DNA of 64,000 nt from Lama guanicoe (Eukaryota): the NCBI GenBank assembly GCA_013239625.1, contig MU053559.1, positions 1,304,001 through 1,368,000 on the forward strand. Reading direction: 5' to 3'. Shown in pieces: positions 10,752 to 23,290 of the stretch; within the stretch, counting starts at the first letter, position 1, and every line of letters begins with the position of its first letter. The notes under the pieces are model-generated. The model was not told where the DNA came from. It ran no database searches and worked only from the letters and a program-made list of their open reading frames with translations. Both the position numbers and the translations under genes were made by a program.

Positions 10752-11670
10752 CAGAAGACCTAAACAGACACTTCTCCAGTAAAGACGTACTGATGGCCAA
10801 TAGGCACATGAAAAGATGCTCATAATTGCTAGTCAACAGAGAAATGCACATCAAAACTACAATGAGGTATCATCTCACACCAGTCAGAATGGCCATCATT
10901 AAGAAATCCACATACGATAAATGCTGGGGACAGCGTGGAGAAAAGGGAACCCTCCTACACTGTCACTGGCAATATAGTTTGGTACAGCCACAGTGGAAAA
11001 AGTATGGAGATTCCTTAAAAAACTAAAAATAGTTTTAACATATGATCCAGCAATCCCACTCTTGGCCATATATCTGGAGAAAACTCCAATTCAGAAAGAT
11101 ACATGCACCCCAGTTTCACACCAGCGCTATTTACAATAGCCAAGATATAGAAGCAACCTAAATGTCCATTGACAGATGAATGAACAAAGAAGTTGTGGTA
11201 CATTTATACAATGGAATAGTACTCAGCCATGAAAAGGAATAAAATGATGCCATTTGCAGCAACGTGGATGAACTTAGAGAGAACTTCCCATACTAAGTAA
11301 GGGAAGGCAGACAGAGAAAGACAAACATCATATGGCATCAATTACATGTGGAATCTTAAAATGACACACATGAACTTATTTACAAAACGGAAACAGACTC
11401 ATGAGCATAGAAAACAAACTTATGGTTACCAAAGGGGAAAGAGGTGGGGAGGGATAAATTAGGAGTTTAGGATGAGCAGATAGAAACTACTATATATGAA
11501 ATAGATAAACGAGGTCCTACTGTATAGCACAGGGAACCATATTTAATAGCTTATAATAACCTATAATGAAAAAGAATATGAAAAAGGGTATGTATATACA
11601 TAAAACTGAATCACTGTGCTGTATATCAGAAACTAATACAACATTGTAAATCAACTATAATTAAAAAAAA
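10752..11670 (+). mobile_element. 5'-truncated L1 (ORF2 C-terminus plus 3'UTR)
   Basis: [24 protein letters not shown]...KGTLLHC (L1 ORF2 cysteine-rich C-terminus), then 3'UTR and poly(A). Confidence 0.92.
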
Positions 11671-12412
11671 CCCACTGCCTGCCAAAGATTAGATGTTTGT
11701 AAATATTGGTTGAATGAATGAATCCTCATTAACATTAATGTAGTGACCATGGAAGTTTTTAAATAAGTGCCCTAAAAATGAATTTGTGGTAGCCATGGTT
11801 TGGGAATGTTCAGATTGTGGACTCGGAATGGAAGGTGTGGTTTTGGAATCCTGGCAGTCACTACTGAGAGGTTTGGGGTCTGGTATTCGAAGTTGGGGGT
11901 CCGGTAGACAAGGTTTGAAAAATTACTCAGGCGGGTCAGATACTTTAAGTAGTAGCCATCAGAAAAGCTGCAGGATTCTTGGAGTCAATTGTCTCAAAGG
12001 TAGACAGGGTCTGGGGAACTCTACCAAGGTCAGAATGAGGATTCAGGGGCTCAACTGAAGTTTAGGAAGAGAGTAGCCATTGATGAGTGCCACGAGGTGG
12101 CAATTAGAGGTACCCCCAGCGGGGGGGGGGAGCGGAAATGCTGTAGCCTTGTCTTCTTATTCTCTTTCCAACTCCCTCATCTCCTTCAAGTCTTTGCTAA
12201 ATATCAGCTTCTCAAAGAGGACTCCCCTTATTTAAAAGTACAGTCCTCCTTAGTATTCATTCTCTACATTTTTGTTTTGTTTTGTTTTATTTTGTTTTTC
12301 CATTTTTTCCCTCCACTGCACACACAAACTGCATTAGGTGTGTTGTCCTTGGAATTGAGGTCATGTTACCAGCAGTTAAACAAAAATAAACCGGGTTGTT
12401 ATTTTAATGAAG

Positions 12413-12495
12413 GGGGAGAGAGAGAGAGGAGAGACAGAGAGAGAGAAAGGAGGAAGAGGAGAAAGAGGAGAGGAGAGAGGAAGGGGGGATGGAGG
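12413..12495. repeat. GA-rich low-complexity tract
   Basis: (GA)n/(GGAGA)n mixture. Confidence 0.85.
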
Positions 12496-12859
12496 AAATC
12501 TTCAAAAACCCTAAACCCATCAAGATGAGGCAGGAATGGTGGTTTGGGGCCAGATCACACAGGGCTCTGAATGTCACACTGAGGTTTGGCGTGTGTCTGC
12601 GTGTATTTGGACAAATTCCATCTAAATGAGAAACATTCTCTGCACACAGTTTCCAGCCTCTGCTTCTGCCAAATTCTAAGTCATAACAATCTCTAAGCCA
12701 TTATTTTTCTCACTTACTTTCTCCCTTTACCAGAAAATTCGCCCTACAAATGTGGCCTCTTTGGGGGGAGATTTCATTTTGAAAAACAAAACTAGAGGGG
12801 TCGTTTGGGATCTGACCCCCAAAAAGGCTTTTGATTAATACAATTTAACATTTTTAATT

Positions 12860-13720
12860 TAAAGTCAATTTTGTCTAAGTATAGCTACACCTGCCTTTTT
12901 TTAAATTGATCATTTGCTTGAAATACCTTTTCCTATCCTTTCACCATCAGTCTATATGTGCCATTATGAGTAAAGTGAGTGTCTTGCAGGCAGCATATGG
13001 CTGGGTCTTGTATTTTTTTATTTTATTTTTTATTGAAGTATAATTGATTTACAAGGTTAGTTTCAGGTGCACAGCAAAGCTATTTAGATATATATATATG
13101 TGTGTGTATATATACATATATATACACACACATATATATATATTCAGATTCTTTTCCCTTATAGCTTATTATAAGAATAGCTCCCTGTGCTATACAGTAG
13201 GTTCTTGGGTCTTGTATTTTTTAATCTATTTTATCTATTTTTGATTAGAGCATTTACTCTATGTTTAAGGTAAATATTGATAGGCAAGGATTTACTATTG
13301 CCATTTTGTTCATTGTTCTCTGGCTGTTTCGTTGATCTGTTGTTCCTTGTTTCTTATTCTGCTGTCTTTTTGTGTGTGTTTTGATGCCTCTTGGTATCAG
13401 TATGTTTTGACTTCTTTATCATGTTCTTTTGTGTAATTACTGCAGGTTTTTCCCTTATGGTTACCATGAGGCTCACATTAAAAATTTTAAAATTATAACA
13501 CCCTTTTTTAAGTTGATAACTTCAATAGCATTCCTAAACTTTACACTTTTCCTCACAACGTAGGTTACTGATGTTATAGTTTATATATATAATGTAACCA
13601 ATTTATGTATATAATGTAACCAATAACAGAGTATTGTAGTGATTTTTTTTTACTACGTTTGGCTTTTAACTTGTAAACTAGAGTTGTAAGTGAATTTTGG
13701 AGTGGCACCACCACTACCAA
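12860..13720 (-). mobile_element. Old L1 fragment with a nested younger L1 3' end (13019-13205)
   Basis: Nested insert flanked by a 17-bp duplication TGGGTCTTGTATTTTTT at 13002-13018 and 13206-13222; it contains a (TA/CA) microsatellite. Confidence 0.8.
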
Positions 13721-14849
13721 GTTACAGAATCTTACAGAAAACACAATTACAGAAAGTTTAAATGTATTTTGAAAAAAATCAGACATGCACACATGCAGGT
13801 AAAATTTCCCATACTAGGATTCAACGCTGGCGGTCTCAAGGAAAGCCAATACCTAAGAGCTGGGTGAGAACACCAAAGCAGCCAGACTGAGTTAATCTCT
13901 CAAAGTGTTTTGGACCCACCCCCAGGTTTTCGTTTTTCCAGAATGCGGCTGCGCAGAAACTCTGTTCCACAGCGCTCTTACAGTCTGGGAAACCAACACT
14001 GCCCCCAAGGTCTCCCTTCCACGACAGGGACTGAGCTCCAAAGAGGACACCTTAAAAGGACCAGCAGAGGGAACCTGGGATGGTCTCAGAGCCTCTTTGC
14101 AGGCCCGCCTGGCTCTGTGCCATTAGGTGTCTGGGAAGAGGTGGAGCCAGCCATGACAGATCTGTGGGCCAGTGACAGCCCCTGGGTTAATCAGCTGTTC
14201 ATCACAGCAGCTTTGATACCTTTAGAGGGTGGGCTCTCCATCTGAAAGGGCAGCGGGCGGCCAATCAAGGAGCTCTTGCTCCTGGGGCGCTGGGTGTGCT
14301 AAGCGAGAGGGTGGAGGGCTGATTGACAAGCCAGCCTGACAGTGAGCTCAGGGTCTGGACACGCCGCTCCTCCTCGAGCAGGAGGCGGGAGCGGGGACTT
14401 GATTGATAGCCTTTCCAACCAGTGAGAACGTCTGAACCGCGGGGCCCTTACGTAGCACGCGTCTTTTGGCCGCGGAAGGTTGGGTCTTGCTTTGACTGAC
14501 ACATTTCTCATCCAATAAGCATGTCTTCTTCAGCTGGTGGGGCGGGGCGACTCTTCGTGCAGAAAAGGCAGGGCCTTGTCCTTGACTGACCTTTGTTTTA
14601 CTTAAGGAGGAAACCCAAATTCCACGTGTAGCCCCTCCTTTTCTGTTTTTAAAAAAGCTATGACACTTTAAAAAGTTGGAAAATCACAGCTTTAGAGCCA
14701 TTTAGCTTTCTCATGCTGAACAGAAACGGCGGCCTCACTGCATCTGTGAAAAAAAGAGCAGCCCTTAGAAACGGCGATCTTAGGGGTAGGGGCTGGAAAT
14801 GGATGTGATTCTCAGGAGCAGCTGAACAGCCACTGGCGTAGAATTGGAG

Positions 14850-16390
14850 CTTGATTTGAGTTTTAGGGCTTGAGAGACCGTGATGGAGGAGGTTGTCTGA
14901 TAGAAGGTCTCTCGTGAGAGTGGTGGGAGTTTCCGGGCGCAATGATGGGTGCCCGTGGAAATCAGAAATGGGTGGTTAGTGGCTGCGGTCAGTCTGGGTG
15001 ACCCATGTAGACGCCCATAGTAAGGGCCTGTTCAATGATGAGACCAACTGGGATCAAGCAGTGGTTGGAGCCAACCTGCCTAGTTCACTGCCATTGCCCC
15101 TTGGACATGGCAACACATCCGGCAGCAGAGACTGGGCACAAAGTCAAAGACTCTGTGTTTCTGATGCAGGCTGTTTGCAGCCTGACAGCGGCGCAGCCAA
15201 CAACACAACTTACCATCAGCAGATATGCAGATATCTGATATTGCTGAACATTGAGCAGCTTCCTCAAAAATAGGCTCAAAAGAATTTCAGACTCTACTTC
15301 TCTAACTTCTTCCTGGTCCACACACTTTAGTCAGTTAGCTTGTTCACTGAATGTGGCTGTTACCAGAAAGGGATCATCGCCTACTGGATACTTCCTGGGT
15401 AATGGTCAGCACAAAAGGGGTGGCAGCTCAGCCCAAAAGGGGCCTAGGGGACTTGAACTTCATTCTGGTTCAGTCACCTGGACTCTCTTCTTGGATGGAC
15501 ATGGTCCTAGGTCATAACAGCAATGACGACTTGATTGAGTATGCTGCTTGTCCAATTCCCTTCCACAATGGCCAAGAGAGAAGACAGAAAAAAAATCTCT
15601 GTAAACTTTATAAAAAATGTCTTTTGTCCTCTTGCACGTGACCCTGCATCTAGATGAAAGCTCTGGGTGCAAACAGGAGATGACTGGATAAAAGTGAAGT
15701 TATCATCACTGCAATGGGACACACTGATTTCATGGCCGTGGAAGGAGTGTACTTGGGGAAGAAATACCTTAGACCCTGAGACGTGCGAGATGAGGAGACA
15801 GTGACTGCTCTTTGTCCCCCTAGATTGAGCAGTACAGCCTGGCAAAACCATCGTACTGTTTCCCAGAGTCAAGCAGCAGGTACAGCTGGTCATGTGAACA
15901 TGGCGGGTCCTAAATTATTCGGGTGTGCTCAGTGTCATCAACATCACCTCCCGAACACAGACCTCCCCCTTAACTGTATAAACACATGGGGCCAGCACGA
16001 TCTTGTATAGATCTGACTGATACAAATTCATCTGCTTCCCCCCGGCACCTGAGTGGCCTTGGATTATGCCACTTTTAGCAACGGGGCTACAAGCACTTGA
16101 TGGTACCACCTATGGGACTTAACCAAACCAATGTCATGTGTTCCCAATCAAGTCTGATGACAAATTCTGAACTGAAATCAACCGCGTCCCTTTGGGTTAT
16201 ATGTTTGTATGTCGAGGAAAGACTAGGGAACAGAATGTCTCTCCACTGGGTATAGCGTTTGCTTTTGGACCCTGTCGTTATTGACAGTGACACCAAACAT
16301 CCGAAAATCTGTCTAAACTCCTTCGTGTGGGTTGCAGCATAATAGCCTGGCCTTAGACTACTTCCTGACTGTCTAAGAGTGGGTCCTGAC
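14850..16390 (+). mobile_element. Degenerate ERVL (class III) internal region: RNase H/integrase remnants, possible env remnant
   Basis: ORF 14998 reads THVDAH...NDETNWDQAV...GHGNTSGSRDWAQSQRLCVSDA, resembling ERVL RNase H 'SHVxAH' and the integrase zinc-finger start. VPLGYMFVC near 16186-16212 is env-like. Heavily disrupted. Confidence 0.6.
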
Positions 16391-16748
16391 CACTTATTAC
16401 CTTGGCCATTTCTCAGGGCTGTGTTGACAGCAAGCAACCTTGGAGGATGAGGTAATGTCTCCCTCTGGGACAAAGAGCAGACTGGATTCCCCAAGTTCAG
16501 CTTTTCACGGCTGTGATGTAAACCCACTGTGTGTGTAGCATCCACCAGGGCCCCTCAATGTCACCCCTGTGGGACTTGGAGGACATGGGGCGCCAATATG
16601 GTGTATGTACTGTTTGCTGTGCCGTGAGTAGTCAACGCCTTTGCCTCTGCCCCAGGAATCTTGAGTCTTCTGTCAGCATCTATAAAATTTGCTAGCTTGT
16701 AAGAGGCTACAATCTCAGATCCTTTGCAGAAGAATCTCAACCCCGACA
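16390..16748 (+). mobile_element. ERVL LTR (LTR40-like, tentative), 3' LTR of the preceding element
   Basis: ctctgcccaggaatcttgagtcttctgtcagcatc...agcttgtaagaggctacaatctcagatcc; alignable by eye to the reverse complement of 28722-29174. Confidence 0.6.
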
Positions 16749-17239
16749 GTCAAGGACTGAGGGATTGTTTTGTATACTGTGACAATCCCTAGGATTTGGC
16801 CATTGGCAGTTTTGGAAGGTCAGAGATCAGCTGCTGGTGGTGTCAGGAATGCGGCTCCAGGGGTTTGAGTCCTGAGGTAATTAGCAAGGCTGCTGATTGA
16901 GGATCTCTGCCTGTCAATCGCTGGGAGAGGGGCCTTGGTGCTAGTGTTTATGTGGGTCAGTAACAAGCGACACTCCGAGTGGGGTTTCTTGGACTCCTAA
17001 ATTGGATTCTTTGAGGATCAGTGATTGGAGCTATGTGTCATGTGATGGGTGTTAGGAGCTTTTGGAGGACCCTGTGGAAAACAGAGCTGCTCTTCAGGAA
17101 GATGTGGAATCTTCAGGAAGATATGGAATAGAATTTTTCTTAGGTAATAGTCACCCTTTAGATTCAGACCTATCTGCATCTGGTACTTAGCTCTGCCACT
17201 TGCCAACTGTGTTGGAAAGAACACCCTGTTCTCCCTCTT

Positions 17240-18065
17240 CTGTGTGAAAAAGCCCACCCTCTTCCTCCCCTGTGTCTTCCTTACTTTCCACAGAACACTT
17301 TACTTTGGAGCAAGCAATTCTCTGCAACACCAGCTGAGTGTCCTACAACTTAACTCAATTCTGACACTGTCTACCTGGAGATTGCATCAGATCTTGCAGG
17401 TTAAGGGCTCAGTCTCACCAGATTGCCCCCCACCCACAACCTCAGATGCCAACCACAGGTAGTAGGTCCCCACAATTTCTGTCTGGTTTCGTTACAAATC
17501 AGAGGTTCCTGCGAACCAGCCCTCCTCAAGTTCAATTAATTTGCCAGAGAGGCTCAAAGAACTCAGGGAAATACTTACGTTTACCAGCTTATTAAAAGAC
17601 ATGATAAAGGACAGAGATGAACAGCCAGAAGAAGAGATACACAGGGCGAAGTCTGGCCAGGGAGGGACCCAAGCACAGGAGCTTCTGTCCCTGTGCAGTT
17701 AGGGTGTCTCATCCTCCCTGCGTGGATGTGTTCAGCCACCTGGAAGCTCCCAGAACTACATGCTACTGGGATTTCATGGAGGCTTCCTCACGTAGGCATG
17801 ATCAATGATTAACTCCATTTCCAGCCTTCTCCCCTCTCTGGAGGATGGGGGTTGGGGCTGAAAATTCCAGGCTTCTAACGATGGCTTGGTCTTTCTAGCG
17901 ACCAGCCCCATCCAGGAGCCACTGTGGCCCACCTGGAGTCACCTCATTAGAACAAAAGATGCTTCTAGTACTCCTATCACTTAGAAAATGGCCAGGACTT
18001 GAGGACTTCTGTGCCAGGAGCTGGGGGCAGAGACCAATATATTTGTTTCCTATTAGCTCACACCA
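17240..18065. mobile_element. MER21-like solo LTR
   Basis: caccagctgagtgtcctacaacttaactcaattctgacactgtctacctggag...gttaagggctcagtc. Confidence 0.7.
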
Positions 18066-18312
18066 ACATGGTTTAACTTCGGCCAAACTCCTTATTCCTT
18101 CCGAGACTCAGTTTTCTTATCTGTAAAATAGAGATTATGTATACCACATTAGTATATAAAGTGTAAATTATCTTGGTATTATTGTGGAAGATACTCAACA
18201 CGTCTGTAGTGTAAAACCATACACAATCTGGGGAAATAGAGATAGGAATACACTGGGGTAACCCCTATGGATTCAGGACTCAGAGGATGGGGGCACAGAG
18301 TGGCTTTTTAGA

Positions 18313-18416
18313 AATAATTAGACTTATTTGTTTATTTTTAGAGGAGGTGCTGGGGACTGAACCCAGGACCTTGTGCATGCCAAGCGCGTGCTCTACCACT
18401 GAGCTATACCCTCCCC
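18313..18416 (-). mobile_element. Vic-1-type SINE
   Basis: Reverse complement of the tRNA-Ala-like head (...ctaccactgagctataccctcccc). Confidence 0.88.
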
Positions 18417-19251
18417 ACCCAGGGTGGCTTTTGCTGGAGCAGGTCTATAATAGGATGCAGGGTGCACAGACACACACACTCCCTGTGGTAAAGCTGATCT
18501 CTACGTGCCCTGTCAGGTTTTGCGGTTTGACTCAGTGAAAGGCCAGCATGGACACAGTCCTCATGCATATCTCTTGGTTTTTCAGCCAGGGTAGGTATCT
18601 GGGAAGTTAAATTTTGTTGGAAGGAGGTAGGCTGTGTAGGTTTCCCAGGATGTGCATCGAAATTTCCAGGAGCTGTATTTTAAGTACCCATGAAATTGTC
18701 ACCCTGCAGCCTGAGCGCTTGACCTGAGCCTCACAGACCCGCTTCCCCTGCAATCACTGACTTCCACAGACCACTAATTCTTAAAGCTTTTATTTCTTTT
18801 TCTGGTCTTACTGAACTGGCTAGAAAACTTTGGTACAGTGGCGAAGAGAAATATTGATGGTAGAACCCCCTTTTCCCCCCCATTTAAAAAATATTTCAAT
18901 GTTTCACATTCAGAATGAGTTTTTTGTCGAGACCTTTATCAGGTTAAATAAAGTTCCCATTTCTTCCTGCTTTGCTAAGTTTAAAAAAAATTATAAGTGG
19001 ATGCCAGAACTGGTCAGATGCTTTTTTTTTCTGTCTTTCTTGGCAATCACAAGTTTTCTCCTTTTTCCTGTAAACGTGGTAAATTTACAGTCTTCAATTT
19101 TCCAATAAGAGAAACAACATTGTATTCCAGGGTTTAAACTCAAATTATGATATATTGTCCTTTTTTATATATTGCTAATATTTCATTTAGGATTTTTACA
19201 TCTCTTTTCATAAATGAGATAAACCTGAAAAGAAAAGTTGTTGTTGTCATG

Positions 19252-19710
19252 CTGCAATGTGTTGAATTGTGCCTCCCACCAAATATGTGGAAGTCCTAAC
19301 CCCCAGCACCTCAGAATGTGTCCTTAGGTGGGAATAGGGTCACTGCAGATGGAATTAGTTAGGATGAGGTCATACTGGAGTAGGGTGGGGCCCCTAACCC
19401 AACATGGCTTCTGTCCTGATAAGAGGTCGGCCATGGGAAGACAGGGAGACACAGGGAGAATGCTGTGTGATGACAAAAGCAGAGATTGGAGTGATGCAAC
19501 TGCAAGCCAAGGGACACCAAAGATTGCCAGCAGACTGCCAGGAACTAGGAAGCGGCAAGGAAGGAGTCTCCCCTCCAGTTTCCAGAGGGAGCGCAGCCTT
19601 AATAACACTTTGATTTCAGACTTCCAGCCTCCAGAACTGTGAGATAATACATTTCTGTCATACTGAGCCACCCAGTTTGTGGTATTCTGTTACCCTAGGC
19701 AACAAGTACA
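19252..19710 (+). mobile_element. MaLR MLT1 LTR
   Basis: gttgaattgtgcctccc...gaagtcctaacccccagcacctcagaatgtg...gacttccagcctccagaactgtgagataatacatttctg. Confidence 0.85.
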
Positions 19711-20029
19711 GTATTCTCACAAAACGAATTGGGGATTTTTACCATCTTTTTTTTTTTTCATCCTCTGTATGAGTTTACACAGCATTACATGATTTGTCCC
19801 TTGAATGTTATATAGAACTCGACTGTAAATCTATCTGAGTTTACTGTTTTCTTCGTGGGAAGATAGTTCTTGAATAAGGAATTAACTCAGTCACCTGCTA
19901 TGTATCTCAAGCACTAAAGATACAATGTGAACAAGATAGGCAGAGTCTTTGCCCTCCTGGAGTTCCCACAGACAGGAAAACTATTCTGGAAACATAGTAT
20001 ACTTTCATGTTTCATTGATAATCCCACTG

Positions 20030-23000
20030 GGCAATTAGAGATACATAGTGAAATGATAACCACAGTCAAGCTAATTAACATATCTGTCTACTCACATAGT
20101 TACCTTTTTGTGTATCTGTGTTGAGTCCCTGACATCTACCCTCTTAGCAGAGTCCCAGTATACAATGTAATATTATTAACCACAGTCATGCCATCCATTG
20201 CATCTCTAGAACTTATTCATTCTACAAAACTGCAACTTTCTACCCTTTGACCAACATTTCCCTATTTCCCCCAACTCTCCATCCCTGTTAACCACTGTTA
20301 CTCTGCTTCTATGAATTTGACTTTTTAAGATTTCACACGTAAGTAAGTTCATGCAGTATTTTGCTTTCTGTGTCTTGCTTATTTCACTTCGCTTAATGTC
20401 CTCTATGTTCATCCATGTTGTTGCAAATGGCAGAACCTCTTTTTTAAGGCTGAATAGTATTCCACTGCAATACACCACAATTTCTTTACCCATTCACTTG
20501 TTAACAGACACACTTCCACACCTTGGCTGCTGTGAGTAATGCTGCAATGAACACGGGAGCACAGATATCTCTTCAAGGTACTGATTTCCATTCCTTTGGG
20601 TATATACTCAGAAGAGGAATTGCTGGATCATATGGTAGCTCTATTTTTAGTTTTTTGAGGAACCTCTATACTGTTTTCCATAATGGCTTCACCAAGTTAT
20701 GTTCCCACTGCAGCACACAAGGGTTCTCTTTTCTCCACATCCTCATCAACACTTTTTATCTTCTGTCTTTTTGATAATAGCCATTCTAACAGGTGTGAGG
20801 TGATATCTCATTGTGTTTTTGACTTGCATTTCTCTGGTAACTAGTGATGCTGAGCACCTTTTCATGTACCTGTTGGCCATTTGTGAGTCTTCTTTGGAAA
20901 AATGTCTATTCAAGTCCTTTGCCCTTTAAAATTGGGATAGTCACTGTTTTTGTTTTGTTTTGGTTTTTGCTATTGGGTTGTGGGAGTTCCTTATATTCTT
21001 TGGATACAACACCTTATCAGATATATGCTTTGCAAATATTTTCTTTCATTCCATAGGTTGCCTTTTTATTTTCTGGATGGTTTCTTTTGCTGTGCAGGTG
21101 CTTTTTAGTGTGATGGAGTCCCACTTACTTATTTTTGCTTTTGTGGCTTGTGTTTTTGCTGTCATATCCAGGAAATCACTGTGGAGACCAATGGCAAGGA
21201 GCTTTTCCTTTGTTTTCTTCTAGGAGTTTTATGGTTTGGGGTCTTAAATTTAAGTCTTTAATCCATTTTGAGTTGAGCTTTGTGTATGGTGTAAAGTAAG
21301 GGCCTGATTTCATTCTTTTGCATGGGGATATTCAATTTTCCCAACACGATTTATTGAAGAGACTGTCATTTTCCCATTGCGTATTCTTGGCACCCCTGTT
21401 GAAAATTTGTTAACTGTATATGCTTGGCTTTATTTCTGGGCTCCTCTCTGTGCTATTCCATTGGCCTATGTGCCAGTACCATACTGTTTTGATTACTATA
21501 GACTTGCAATATAATTTGAAATCAGGACATGTGATGCCTCTAATTTTGTTCTTTTTCAAGATTGTTTGACTAATCAGGGTTTTCTGTGGCTCCATACAAA
21601 TTTTAGAATTTTTTTTTATTTTCTTTGAAAAATGCCATTAGAATTTTGATAGGGATTGTGTTGAATCTATATATCACAATATTGACTCATCCAATCCATG
21701 AATATAGGATATCTTTCCATTTATTTATGTCTTCTTTCATGTCTTTCACTTTACATTATAGTTCTCAGTGTACAAATCTTTTACCTCCTTGGTTAAATTT
21801 ATTTCTAAGTATTTTATATTTTTTTGCTGCTATTGTAGATGGGGTTCTTAATATCCCTTTCAGATTGATCATTGTTGGTGTAAAGAAACCCTACTGATAT
21901 TTGTATGTTGATTTTGTATCCTGCAACTCTACTGAATTCGTTTATTGCTTCTAATAGTTTTTTGGTGGTGTCTTTAGGGTTTCCTACAAGTAGGATCGTG
22001 TCATCTGCAAACAGAGATAATTTTACTTCTTCTTCTCTGATTTGGATGCCTTCTATTTCTTTTTCTTGCCTGATTGCTCTTGCTAATATTTCCAATACTG
22101 CGTTGAATAGAGGTGGCGAGAATGGGCATCCTTGCATTGTACTGGATCTTGGAGTAAAAGCTTTCAGATTTCCCCCATTGATTATGATGTTAGCCATGAG
22201 ATTTTCACAAATGAGCTTTACTGTGTTGAGGTAAGTTCCTTCTATACCTATCTTGTCGAGAGTTTTTTAAGAAAATTATTATGAATGAGTGTTAGGCTTT
22301 GTCACATGCTTTTTTCCCTTCTATTAAGATGATCATGTGGTTTTTATCTTTCTTTCTGTTCATGTGGTGTATCACATTGTTTGATTTGCATATGTTAAAT
22401 CAACCTTGCATCCCAGGGATAAATCCCACATGATCATGTTGTATAACACTTATGATATGTTGTTGAATTCAGTTTGATAGTGTTTTATTAAGGATTTTTG
22501 CATCTATGTTCATCAGAGATACTGGCCTGTGGCTTTCTTTTCTTGTGTTGTCTTTGTCTGACTTTGGTATCATGGTGATGCTGGCTTCACAAAATGAGTT
22601 TGAAAGTATTTCCTCTACTTATTTTTTGGAAGAGTTTTTGAAGGATTGGTATTAACTCTTCTTTGATTGGTAGAATTCAACCATGAAGCCATGTGGCCTG
22701 GGGTTTTTTTTGTTGGGAGGTTCCTGATTCAATCTCTTTATTTCTTACTGGCCTGTTCAGGATTTCTGTTTATTCTTGATTCACCCTTGATAGGTTGTAT
22801 GCTTCTAGGAATTTTTCCATTTCTCCTAGGTTATCCAGTTTGTTGGCATATAACTGTTCATAATAGACCCTTATTACTATTTTTATTTCTGAGCCATCCA
22901 TTGTAATGTCTCCTCTTTCATTTCTGACTTTAGGAATCTGAGTCTTCTCTCTTTTTTTCTTAGTCAGTCTAGGTAAGGGCTTGTTGATATTTCCCTCCCA

Positions 23001-23290
23001 AAATACACTTGTGGTTTTGTTGACTTTTCTACTGTTTTCTCATTCTCTGATTTATTTCTACTCTGATCTTTATTATTTTCTTCCTTCTGCTAACTTTGGG
23101 ATTATTTTGTTCTTTTATTTCTAGTTCCTTTTTTTCTCCAGTCCTAGAAACTTGATGTTTATTCAGTCCCTAAACGTGGCTCCAAAGCACCTCATACAAA
23201 TTTTTCTAGTTCCTTGAGGTATAAAGTTAGGTTGTTTAGTTGAGATCTTCTATTTTGATGTAGGTGTTTATCACCATAAATGTCCCCCTT
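20030..23290 (-). mobile_element. L1 LINE, ORF2 remnant with reverse-transcriptase motifs plus 3' end
   Basis: ORF 21814-22197: [48 protein letters not shown]; multiple frameshifts. Confidence 0.95.
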
